This document shows, piece after piece, positions 41,771-54,462 of a DNA stretch of 64,000 nucleotides. The position numbers and the translations under genes are program-made. Numbering within the stretch: the stretch's first letter is position 1; the number at the start of each line of letters is the position of its first letter. The notes beneath the pieces are model-generated. The model saw nothing but the letters and a program-made list of their open reading frames with translations, was not told the DNA's origin and did not search any database. Source of the DNA: Eledone cirrhosa (Eukaryota); the NCBI GenBank assembly GCA_964016885.1, contig OZ024740.1, positions 221,340,001 to 221,404,000 of the forward strand. The letters are read 5' to 3'.

Positions 41771-42947
41771 CTGTAAAGAATCATATGCACTGCCCTTAAC
41801 CACGAATAAACTTCCCCACCTTGCCCCAAAGGCAATAATAGTGCGTAGGAAGCATAATGTAAGAATGAAAAAAAATATATAATGGAACTTCAGTAAAGGA
41901 GTAAACACAAACCAAGAAATCAATAAGAATTATTCTAAACAACCATTTATTTATTCGGCCATCTTCGTTTGGTGTTCATCAGTATATATTAAAAAAATAG
42001 CGAGAAAAAATAAATCCATGGGGAGTATAGCGTAGAGAAATTTATCTTGGTACTTTTAATGCACTAAGTAGTTCCGACATTGGACTGCAGCACCGCCTTC
42101 TTGGACTTAAGTCGATCATATCGACCCTCAGTAGATGTTTATTTTACCCACAGATATTTATCAACGTGTTATGTTATACATAAAGGTACACAACATCAGT
42201 TTATACGGTAAACTTACACACACACACACACACACAAACATACATCCACACTCACACACCAAACAAACACACACACACACACACCCACACAAACATACAT
42301 CCACACTCACACACACACACACATATAATATAAATCCATAAACGGTTTTAGATGTTCAAAATTTGTTCGATAGCAATCGTCTTCAATCTGCCAAAGTTAC
42401 TGTTACACTTTGTGAGAAATTTACGTTGTCTTGGGTGAGGAAAGTAAAATTATTTGGTCAATATCATTCATTGAAAATAATTGTAAGAAATCAATTTATG
42501 GAATATTTTCATAAATAGCCGGCGCCCTGTGTTTATCGATACATTAAATAATTGGTACATTTCCGTTTCTCCTGCTGTCTGAATATTTAAGAGTCCGACA
42601 CGATAACATTTATCAATTGTTCGTCATAATAATACTATGTGGTGGTCACTTGAAAAGGATTCCATTTAATACGATTGCCTTAAACAAAGATATTCATATA
42701 ACATAACCTACTGAGAAAGTTACGAGATTTGATCTGACTTTACTGTATTTGTATATAAAATGCAAAACACTCCTCTGAATTATTTCCCTTCTGTTATATT
42801 GTTGATATTTATTCTAATTGTTACTACATGTCCTCTATTTCTGTATATATCACTCTCAGTCTTGCCAACTGAGTAGAATATAGTTCGCCGAGGCAAGGAG
42901 ATATAAAACCGTAACACGTTCTTTGCTTTTAATATTTAGCTTTAAAA

Positions 42948-43312
42948 GGGCGTTGGATTTGCAGTATCGGTAGAGCGTGAGGCAGCATGCTTTACGGCAT
43001 AGAGCTATGCCCATTTACGATCTGAGTTCAAATCCCGCCGAGGTTAGCTTTGCCTTTTATTCTTACGGGGTCGATAAAATAAAGTACCAGTAATGTACTG
43101 GAGTCGATTTCATCGACTTTCTCCCCCCCAAAAAATTGTTGGCCTTGTGCCTAAATCAGAAACCAATATTTAGTAGCTTTAAAATGGCGTGGATTGGCAG
43201 TATTGGTAGAGCGTCGGAAAACATGCTTATGGGGTAGAGTTACGGCCTTTTACGATCTGGGTTCAAATCCCACCGAGGTTATCTTTGTTGGCCTTGTGCC
43301 TGAATCAGAACA
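42948..43312 (+). mobile_element. Two tandem SINE family A copies
   Basis: A box TGGCAGTATTGG, B box GGTTCAAATCC, central gccttt...ggggtcgataaaataaagtaccag. Confidence 0.85.
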
Positions 43313-43456
43313 CCACCTTACCAGCAATATGCACATGCTGATTAGAAAATTAAACTATTGAAATATATTAATGTAGACATTTTTGTATTGTATGGTTCCA
43401 AAACTTTTCATGGAATCGTAAGAGCGCCGTCATCCAGCATGTCTTGGGCACGTTAA

Positions 43457-43677
43457 CCCTTTAGCATCTACATTACTCTATATTTACTATTGCATTTTCA
43501 CGGTAAACAATTTATTTCACATAATTATCTCACATAATATCGAATCTACAAGATTTTGATATTATTTATTTTGAAAATAATACCTTAACATAAGTATGAG
43601 CAGCCGGTTACAGCCAGTTTGTAAAGGAAGAGGTGAGAGAATTCTGGCCGGATACAGCTGGTTTAAATGCTAAAGGG
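43457..43677. mobile_element. piggyBac-type MITE
   Basis: TTAA-ccctttagcat ... atgctaaaggg-TTAA. Confidence 0.85.
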
Positions 43678-43684
43678 TTAAATC

Positions 43685-43942
43685 TGGTGGAACTAATCCC
43701 CTCGCCACGATGTAACGGAGTCGATTTCTTCCAGTGAAAGAGAGAGAAAGTGTGAAAGAGGAAGTAAGAAAGAAACATAGAAGAAGAATCGACTCCAGTA
43801 CTTGACTGGCATTTTACTTATCGATCTCGAAAGGATGAAAGCTAAAGTTGACATCGGCGGAATTTGAATTAAAAGATTGCAGAGCCGAAACGACAACCGC
43901 ATCCTATGCGATGTTCTAACACCTCTATTATTTCGCCACCTT
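43685..43942 (-). mobile_element. SINE family A long-tail variant
   Basis: Reverse complement matches the 20600-20850 type. Another copy at 48340-48668. Confidence 0.7.
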
Positions 43943-44647
43943 AATAATGTAGACTACAGGAAGTGATAGAGGGTTAGGATATAGAAAACGAATTAATTAT
44001 TTGATTGATTTTACTTCTTTAATTGATTCTAAAATCCACTTCTATTGTCACGTAATTTGATTAAACAGTTTGAGGAATATGGTAACTGATAGAGCGGTGT
44101 CTTCTAAATGTATTTTGTCGCAGAACCCTTATACGATAAAATAAAATAAAATAAAATAAAATAAAATAAAATAAAATAAAATAATAAAAAATAAAAATAA
44201 ATAAAACGTGGAATTTTTTTTCCTATATTTTACAAAAAATCCCCGCCATATAAAATATAAAATGAAACAAAATTCGTTTTAGAGAGAAATTTTATCAAAA
44301 AAGAAACCGGTAATTAAATTTTATTAAAAGACACCGTATCACATGGAACCCTAGAATCTATTTTGCGGAACCAGAAATCGTATAATAGAGGAACACTATT
44401 TCTTTTTTCTCTTTCAAATGATTATAAAGTAACTTCATTCTAAAAAATATGTAGGGTTGTTTATTAATTCATTCTTTAGAATTTTAATTCTTTTTTAAAT
44501 GGAATTAATTACTGATGTAATCTGTTATTTTTAGTAGTAATACAAATAATTATATGATTACCAGCACAACAATTCAGTAATAATCAGCAGATAAATACAA
44601 AGCATCTTATAGTCATTTGGTCACAGAATCCTTTAATTTAGAGAAAA

Positions 44648-44738
44648 TGGGTTGTTCAAAACTATATTTAATCTTTACTTTGATATTTGATATACTACTC
44701 CTCCCAGTTTGTGTTCTCTGTACACACTGCAAACAAGG
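44648..44738 (+). other. Candidate signal-peptide-coding first exon
   Basis: MGCSKLYLIFTLIFDILLLPVCVLCTHCKQ followed by AAG/gtatat. No partner exons confirmed. Confidence 0.25.
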
Positions 44739-46396
44739 TATATGGCATGCAGGTTGCGCATGAAACCTAGAAGCAGCAATGTAGGTGGTATCATGAACGA
44801 GTTTTGATCCAATATTTTTTCTTCCCCAAGAGAAACATTCTGGATTTACAATAGAGAGATAAATAATATAGCACTAGGTCTTATGAGTGCTTACATATCT
44901 ATTTTTATATTATCACCTCGACTGTCAGTGCGCCGATTATTGCAGATTTATTGTTTGCTTTTGTTTGCAAGCAGTAAGCTGAGAAAGATTGCAGACTTCA
45001 CTACAATAACAGAATGCGTTTAACGCCCCAGCTAATAGCTAAAACATACACCCTTAGCTCTCTTCTAAATCAAACAAACTATTCGCATAACCACCTCGAA
45101 GATTCATTCCATCCCTTGATTTTCAGTAAACAATGTGGTCCCAAAGGGTAATTTAAGTTACCGAAAATTTATCTGGTTTGGAACCGTTCGTGCCATGTAT
45201 GTCCACTTAAAAGATAGCATGAAGGAGACAGTACAACTGCTTTGAACATAGGCCATATATGGTTTGAGTATTCTTATTCTACATGTTAACAAACCACTTA
45301 GCTTTCTCAATGAATATTCACTGAAAATATATGATGTTTACTTTTGTACTTCAGAAAAATTTTGATTCTTGTTTCTTTGCAGTTCTTCATTAACTACTGC
45401 AGCATATGTAACGGTTCTACTTATATGAGTTAAGCTATAATATATTTTAAAATCTGCCACAAAATAGCTTGGTAGTAGTGAAACTCAATAAAACTAATAA
45501 AGTATCTTCTTGGATCTCATGGTTTCTCCTGAAGAAGTAAGGCTGGAGAAATAGCGAGATTAATTTTTGTTTAAAGTACTTTAAAAAGAAGAAAGTTATG
45601 CAGATAGTAGCTGTTGTATCTATTTCCATTGATACAATGAAGGCTATTAAGTGATATAACGTTTCACAGTGCTGATAGTAACTTTGAACTCAGAGCGCTG
45701 GAAGGAATACTAACCTCAAAGCATTCTATCCGACGTACTCACGACTCTGCCATTTCTCATTAAATATATATATTCCCTGATGGAGAAATGTATTAAGCTT
45801 GCACCACTGAGGGCTTTGAGACTGCTTCAAATAATTCAACTGCTACCTACCCTATTGCAGCTTCGATAAAATAAGGAATTGTAAATCAGTAAATAAATGG
45901 GGTTGATACAATATAATTGACTTCCCTCTCCTTGCCGCAAAACATCAAATTGCTGGCCTCGTGTCTAAATTAGACATCATTACTACAACAACGATTGATA
46001 CGTGATATTTGGTGGTTATAATATTATTGATGATATGAAGTATGAGAAAAGTGGAATAGAGTAAAATGAGGTCTGTGTGGGTGGCTTCCCTGTTGTTTCC
46101 CAGTTAAACGTCGGCTTTGTATTAACGACACCACACGCGGTATATTTTAAGTTCAACATTATCTTATTACGCCCCCTGCTTCCCGAAACGTTACGTCTTA
46201 CGGAACTTAGGTTTCATTCAACAAATCTGTCATCTGAAAAATATCATGATATCCGTTTGATATTTATCCAATGATCTTTAACAACAGCTAAAACTACAAC
46301 AATAACCACAAGAACAATAATGCGCACATACACATATACACATAAAACTCTCACTCCCACACATATATGTATCAATATCTCTCCCTCTCTCACTAT

Positions 46397-46443
<47 letters not shown>

Positions 46444-46528
46444 GAGAGATACATACACACATATATATATATTTATATATATATATATAGATACATACAC
46501 ACACACACACATATATATAGATAGATAG

Positions 46529-46635
<107 letters not shown>

Positions 46636-46664
46636 CATACATATATACATATATATATATATTT

Positions 46665-46709
<45 letters not shown>

Positions 46710-46829
46710 TATATGCATATATGCATATATATATGTAAGTATGTATACATACATATATGTATACAGACGTACAGTAGTATGTATATATATATGCATATAT
46801 GCATATATATATATATATATGTAAGTATG

Positions 46830-47425
46830 TATACATACATATATGTATACAGACGTACAGTAGTATGTATATATATATATACATACATGCACACATATAT
46901 ATATATGTACGTATGGGTTTACCGAACATTTATTATAATGTTCGGTTTGTTTGTAAACAAACAGCCCGAATTAAGCCGTACAGTGTTCGCCAACCATCGT
47001 CGCTCTTTTGTTCAACATTGATAAAGGAACGATGAACTAGTTTCAAGCTTATTAGCTATCGTCAGCATCGTATACCTTCCTGTCAGATGATTGTATATAT
47101 ATAAATACATGCACACACATATATATGTATGTACGAAAGTATATACTTTCAAACGTTCAATCATCTGACAGGAAGGTATACGATGCTGACGTTAGCTAAT
47201 AAGCTTGAAACTAGTTCATCGTTCCTTTGTCAGTGTTGAACAAAAGGGCGACGATGGTTGCCGAACACTGTACGGCTTAATTCGGGCTGTTTGTTTACAA
47301 ACAAATCGAACATTATAATAAATGTTCGGTAAACCCATACGTACATATATATATATATGTGTGCATGTATGTATATATATATATATACATACTACTGTAC
47401 GTCTGTATACATATATGTATGTACG
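46830..47425. repeat. Fold-back palindrome with a hammerhead in each arm
   Basis: 46830-47092 is the reverse complement of 47158-47425. CGATG-CTGACGA-TAGCT aata AGCTT-GAAAC ta GTT-CATCG at 47030-47070 (-). The copy at 47181-47221 (+) has CTGACGT. Confidence 0.9.
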
Positions 47426-47504
47426 TGTACATACTTATATTTAAGTATCAGCCGTATGCATATATATATCATGTATGCATATATATATATGCATATGTAT
47501 AAAC

Positions 47505-47606
<102 letters not shown>

Positions 47607-50118
47607 AATATTTATTGAAATATTATGACTTTTACTTTGAAGTTTCGCTGAGACTACCAGTGGCATGTTGAGTGTAATTTACTACAAAGACCCCCCCTAT
47701 ACACACTCCACACACCACACATATACACAGACATCGATAAAATACTGTTACTGTCTATAAAGATATTAATATTTTCGATGTTTGTTTTCTATTGATTTCA
47801 GACTAAACTATTAAAGAACATATTTATGTCCTACATAAAACGGTACCTATTGTTGTTGTTGATCATCATCGTCATCCGTCAGTTTCGAAGCCAACTGTTC
47901 CAAGTGTATGACACTGCAATAACTTACTCGTGAAATCAACATGTAAGTGACTGAGCATTCCTCAGACATGTGTTCCCTTAACGTCGTTCTCGCGAAGATC
48001 CATCGTGTCACAGTGTGTGGTAAAGCTGGCTACTCGAATTACAAGTATAACTCATTTTTCCCAGTTGAGTGGACTGGAACAACGTGAAATGAAATATCCT
48101 GTTCAAGAATACATTGGCGCCGCCAAGAATCGAACTCATAATCCTTCGATCGTGTACTAAACACAATAATAATTGTTTCTACTTTTGGCACAAGGCCAGC
48201 AATTATCTCAGTACATTACTGGTACTTTCTTTTATCGACCCCGTAAGGATGAAAGGCAAAGTTATCCTCGGCGGGATTTGAACTCAGGCCACTAAACGCC
48301 ATAAATAATGCACCTTCACATCCGAGACTATTGCATGCATGGTCCTTCAATTCATGAGCGAGTCGCTGGAGCTCCTATTGACATTCAGCGTTTTTTGGGT
48401 ATTTTAAAACCTGGCCGTGTCCCCCCCCCTCCCCATGACTGACTACAGTAGATTTCTTCCAGAGAAGGATAGAGGGAGAACGAGAAAATGGAATTGACAG
48501 AGGAAGCATCGACCACAGAACTTAACTGGTATTTTTTTATCGCCTGGATAAAAAGCAAATGGATGAAAGGCAAAGTTGAACACGGGGGGATTTGAACCCA
48601 AAGAGTTGAGAGCCGAAACCAATACAGCAAAGCTTTGTATCCGACGTTCTAACGACTCTCTCAGTTCGTGAATATTGGAAACCTGGTAAAGAAAGAATCC
48701 AAACTAGATTTCACTCATACTTCCTTGCTGTTTAATTTACATTACTATAATCTTTGTGTAGGATATGAACGTCGCAAGTCCATTACCTCAAGTTCCGAAA
48801 TCGATGGAGCTGATAAAATTCACAGATATATGCCTCTGACACCAAAAGGTCAAGCTATTGACTCTATCGATGGATGAATGAAGATTTGTTTTTATATGTT
48901 TTCAATCATTTGGCCGACATTTGCAAGCTCGGTTAGACTGACAAGAGTGATGTATCAAATGTTCCATTTGAGCTTCTAGAAATTAGTGCCTATATAAACA
49001 TTTGGATAGCGTTGTTATTCTATGAAGGAATGCTAGTCAGTTATTAATGGTTTCTAAATTAAACCCAAGGTCATCAAATTATGGGGTGGGAAGTAAGTCA
49101 ATTAAATCAAATCCAGTAATTGAGAGGCACCTTATTTTATTGACCCCGTAAGGATGAAAGGCAAAGTACCGGTCAAGTACTGGGTCGATTTAATTGATTT
49201 ACCCCTCTCATAATGTCCTAAATTTGAGCCTAAATAGGAAACTATTAAGTACTGATCATGGATTGGCAGAGTGTTGGATAACCTGCTTTGCGGCATAGAG
49301 TTACGGCCAGTTACAGTCTGAGTTCAAATCCCGCCGACGTTAGTTTTGCTTTTCATCCTTACAGGATCGATAAAAGAAAGTACCAGTAACGATTTAATTG
49401 ACCTTCCCCCCCCCCCCCAAAAAAAAAAATTGCTAGCCTTATGTCAAATGTAGAAAAAATATATTAATCTGCTGTTTTAGGGCGTTGGGTTGTTAGAATC
49501 GTTAGAGCATAGGAGAAATGCTTTGTGGTATTTGTTTCAGCTTTATACGTTTAGTGTTTAAATCCCTTCGAAATAAACCTTGTCATTCTTTCTTCCGGCT
49601 TCGATAAAATAAAGTACCAGACGATTTATTCTTCCATACACCAAATTTTTGCTGTCTCGCGCCTAAATTAGAAATCATGTGTTAGGAGCATAACGTAAGT
49701 TTTGTTTTCACATAAACTTATGACGAAAGATTCTGAGATTAATATATATGAACATTTAAAAATGAAGAATGTTTAATCACAGAAGCAGATTCAGTTGCAG
49801 GCGTGTTGAAGAAGATCAGCTATTTTCTCCACCCTCAAGGAGACATATGGGAATGACACATCTGTTTTTCTACAATAAATTAGCGTCTATATGTTAAATT
49901 TAGAAAGTATTGTAATTTCTCAGAAATGCACTGAAAGGGAAAGAATGATTGAACAAATGACACACTTATGGCATAGCTGTATGGTTAAGGAGGTCGATTT
50001 GCAACCAAGTTGTTTTGGATTAAGTCCCACAGCTTTTTCTATAGACTTCTCTATATCTTTTTCTATAGCCTCGAGTTGATCCATGCTTTGTGAATTAAAT
50101 TTGCTAGCAGAACCCCGT

Positions 50119-50205
<87 letters not shown>

Positions 50206-50215
<10 letters not shown>

Positions 50216-50877
50216 GATCGAGTATCGAAAAATCGGCGCACGAGTTCACGATAAACAATATTCGAAATGAGCGGCAGAGGGCTCAATAATTCAGATGAAT
50301 CAGAGCTATAACTATCGTTAAAATACCGTCACACATAGAACAAGTCTAAAATCAACCATACGATAAAAAATCGATAATAGAAGATTCGGGACAAACAGAT
50401 AAAAAATATCAATAAAACAATACATCAATAATTTAACTGAATGTAAAATCATACCCGGACCCACTAGAAAGGTGTTAAATCTAGCTTCTTGGGTTTCTGT
50501 AAATCCTTAGACTGTACTCTATCAGCTCACATATAAATATATAAGGCTTCTAGAGCAAGCGGAGTGGAAGTTTACTTCATCAACGAGCTTTTTCCTAGCG
50601 GATAAGAGGCTAACTACAAGCGAAATACGCACATGGAATCAGGCAAGGGAGATAACCTCTACATCCGCGAAAACTATTCGAGGAAATGTGGAAATACACA
50701 TATCGAATAAGAGTGCTCAATAGACATGTTAAAATAAAACAGGAGCTATTCATCACTCAATAGAATCGACAAAAAATGAGCAATAAAATTAACTGGTGGA
50801 TAGCTATGTCCAGAGCTAAAAATATTAGAAAGATTGAGTATCGAAAAATCGGCGCACGAGTTCACGATAAACAATAT
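50206..50877 (-). mobile_element. Retrozyme-like element: 616-nt unit plus about 56-bp terminal redundancy in (TA)n
   Basis: Direct repeats 50206-50261 / 50822-50877. Hammerhead GCTCG-TTGATGA-A GTAAA...TTTAC A-GAAACCCA...TGGGTC-CGGGT at 50453-50588 (-). Confidence 0.75.
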
Positions 50878-50894
50878 ATATATATATATATATT

Positions 50895-51402
50895 TCATTT
50901 TTGAATATGTTTAGCAAGATTCTTTATCTGAAAACGTGTGTTGAAACCGATATTGTTATACTTTGGGAGGGTCATGATGCTAATAAGAAACACACGCACC
51001 AGTTGCTTTCACTCCAAAATGAAAACACACATAGAACAAACAACCTACTAGTAACATGTAAATGAACAAGTAAATAAACAAATAAAAACACACACAGACA
51101 CCCGGATGTAACACATGCGCAAACTAAGCACACAACACACACTAAAACACGATGGCGTAGGACAGAACAAAGGAGAGGCACAAAACAAAGAAAAGAATCC
51201 CTGGTCACTGATGAGGTCACAGAATGTGTGACGAAAGAACTTTGACAATATATGAACAACCGTCCGGTTGTGGAACCAACCAACCAACCAACGGAAAGTT
51301 ATAAATTTCTTAAATTTATAATTTAATTTAACTTATAATAAATTGGAGTGAAAGCAACTGGTGCATGTGTTTCTTATTGGCAACATGACCCTCCCAAAGT
51401 AT

Positions 51403-51410
<8 letters not shown>
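50895..51410 (+). mobile_element. Non-coding derivative of the 36060-37175 Penelope terminal repeat, with inverted ends
   Basis: High similarity to the reverse complement of 36060-36450. Inverted ends 50950-51016 / 51345-51410. Hammerhead GTCA-CTGATGA-G GTCACA gaatg TGTGAC-GAAAG aa CTT-TGAC at 51204-51246. Confidence 0.88.
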
Positions 51411-51438
<28 letters not shown>

Positions 51439-51928
51439 CAAAGAGGGTGTGGTAAGATACCAGGTGGATTATAACGCACCAGAGTACTCAATACTTGGGG
51501 TAGTAGAGTGGGTAATAGGAAAAGAGTTAGGACCCCGGCCGTTTCGACATCTAGCGTTTGGATCTAGCTGTCGAAACAGCCCGAGATCAGCCGTCGGGGT
51601 CCTAACTATTTTCCTATATATATATATATTTTTTTTTTTTGTCGATCAACTTTCGTCAAATCGGACCGAGGAAACAATGTTTCCGTTGGTCTTTCCAATT
51701 GCTAATGCTATCTATCGGTCGCAACTCCAGGTAGAAGGAACAACGTGAAATAAAGTGTCTTGCTCAAGGACATAACGCACCACTCGGTCCAGGAGTCGAA
51801 CTCACAACCCCACGATTGCGAATCCAGTGCTCTAACCAATCAGCCACACGCCTTCTTATATATATAAGAATAAGTATGCAAAATTGGTTTTTACAACAAT
51901 ATATAATTTATATTTATGTACTTTTATA

Positions 51929-51961
<33 letters not shown>

Positions 51962-51964
51962 GTG

Positions 51965-52041
<77 letters not shown>

Positions 52042-52415
52042 TAGTGAAAGTAAGAGGGAGAAGGAGAGATAAGGGGGAGAGAGAAAGAGGATAACTGTAA
52101 GGGAAGAGAATAAAGACAGGTCACAGCGAAGGGGAAAGCATATATGAATAAAAAATGGTGAGCTGTGTTGTTGCAATTAAGTAATATATATATATATATA
52201 TATATATACAAGTGGAAGCTTAGTAAAATCCAAGCTTTAGCTGTGGGCAAGCAAAGTCGACCAACAATAGGAATGAGTTAGCAAAGCACTCAATCAGGGT
52301 AGGTCCTTAGAGTAATAACATACGTTTAAATAGCTTGACAAATTGAACATTGCGCTAGGCAAAACCCAACCACATAATACCAAAGTAACGAAAGAACTAA
52401 CAGGTTAAAAATACA

Positions 52416-52540
52416 CCTGGACAAATCAAACGATATACGTCTAAAGTGTTTCTATGAATCCGAAATCAGTTATCCAACTTACGTTACACGAACGCTCGTG
52501 GTATTCCATGATCGAACAGAGGATTCATTTCATCAACAGG
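52416..52540 (-). ncRNA. Hammerhead with UUGAUGA core and extended stems II and III
   Basis: CCTG-TTGATGA-A ATGAATCC...GGATTCAT A-GAAACA...TGTC-CAGG, within an about 500-bp segment (52209-52705) between microsatellites. Confidence 0.78.
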
Positions 52541-52713
52541 GATTCCGTTCTGCCTCAAAGCGGAGTGAACAAACTAAATGCGGCCGATAAGAATGCAGCC
52601 AGCGAACACTTAGTTATCACGTGTTATTTCCAACAAGGAAAGCAACCCCCGGATTTTGGCAGGTAAATTCAAAGTATTAACAAGTGAAATATTATAATTT
52701 CCGCTCAAACACA

Positions 52714-52782
<69 letters not shown>

Positions 52783-52786
<4 letters not shown>

Positions 52787-53372
52787 CTTAATTGCAACAC
52801 CATTTTTTATTTATATATGCTTTGCCCTTCGCTGTGACCTGTCTTTTTTCTCTTCCCTTACTGCTATCCTCTTTCTCTCTCCCCCTTCTCTCTCCTTCTC
52901 CCTCTTACTTTCACTCACCCCTCTGCTAGTCACCCTATCTTGGCTAGCCTCCTCCTCGCACTTTCACTCACTCACTCTCTGCTACTCACCCTCTCTCTCA
53001 CTTCCTTCATCGTCTCACACCGTACGAGATCCTTTTCCTCGCTCATATCCGCACGGCTAAGATATGTCTTTACCTTCTCGTCAAAATTCGCCCGTTCTTA
53101 TGTTCGAGATGAATTATTGACTTGATTTTTTCATTTTTTCCTCTCTTTACGTTGCCTCACCATTCGTCTCTGTTTACCTGTTTCTCTTTCTCCACCCAAC
53201 TCTTTTTATTCCAATAACTTATTTTAGTTATCGTATCGCCCTAGCTTGAGGTATATGGTCTGTAATGTGAAGAAATACCTATGATGGCTAGTAGACAACT
53301 GATGACAGATATTCCTAACTTCTATTTCTAATTCTTCATTTATTATACTTAATTGCAACAACACAGCTCGTC

Positions 53373-53378
<6 letters not shown>
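52783..53378 (+). mobile_element. Non-coding 561-nt unit with terminal redundancy and an upstream inverted partial copy
   Basis: tacttaattgcaaca at 52785 and 53346. Inverted partial copy at 52043-52186. Homologue at 15240-15730. Confidence 0.75.
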
Positions 53379-53455
<77 letters not shown>

Positions 53456-53707
53456 ATGCATATGTATCTGTATGTACATGTTTCCGTTTGTATCCGTGTT
53501 TGTGATTCTGTCCCGTAAATTAGCGCTTCGGAAAAAGGAGATCGATAAAGCAAGTACCAAATATGATAAAGATAAGTATTGGTTTCGATAAGCTTGATTT
53601 TAACATGGTTTTTCAGTATAATCACCAGTAAATGAGCGAAAGGAAATTAAGTGTTTAGTCAGCCAAATCAATAAAACGTTGATTTATATCAACATTGAGC
53701 GCATTGA

Positions 53708-53737
53708 ACACTTAGATATTTGTACACAAAATATTCA

Positions 53738-53769
<32 letters not shown>

Positions 53770-54181
53770 GTGAGGTTTTTTTTTTACAAAATGAAAAATA
53801 ACCGAGGTGTCCTACACGAGTGAAAGTATAAAGAAAAAGAGATGAAATCGAAAATGCAACTGGAGTCTTATTTCTTTTTAAAATATATATATTTATTTGG
53901 TTCCTTTACCGGTTTCACAGTTCTTCTGCTTTTCAAAAGGTGAGTTGAGATGGAGGGTCTGTGGTTTTTCTCACATCTGTGAAAAACCACAGACCCTCCA
54001 TCTCAACTCACCCTTTGAAAAGCAGAAGAACTGCGAAACCGGTAAAGGAACCAAATAAATATATATATTTAAAAAAAAAATAAGACTCCAGTTGCATTTT
54101 CGATTTCATCTCTTTTTCTTTATACTTTCACTCGTGTAGGACACCTCGGTTATTTTTCATTTTGTAAAAAAAAAACCTCAC

Positions 54182-54213
<32 letters not shown>

Positions 54214-54244
54214 TGAATATTTTGTGTACAAATATCTAAGTGTC
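53708..54244. repeat. Near-perfect 537-bp palindrome with a U3-A8 hammerhead in each arm
   Basis: Centre about 53978. CCTT-TTGAAAA-GCAG aagaa CTGY-GAAAC cg GTA-AAGG at 53903-53940 (-) and 54011-54048 (+, stem I CCCT), followed by AATAAA. Confidence 0.9.
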
Positions 54245-54249
54245 TAATA

Positions 54250-54297
<48 letters not shown>

Positions 54298-54379
54298 TGT
54301 GTGTGTGTGTGTGTCTTCTATATACTGTACCGATTGTGTTGTTATTTCTGTTTACTTTTACACACACACACACACTCAT

Positions 54380-54462
<83 letters not shown>

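Noticed and set aside
50925-50960. CTGAAAA cgtgtgtt GAAAC...GTT resembling a hammerhead
   Set aside because: Antisense to the element's coding strand, lacks the 3-8 pair and a proper stem II, and is not kept in related copies (24155-24190).
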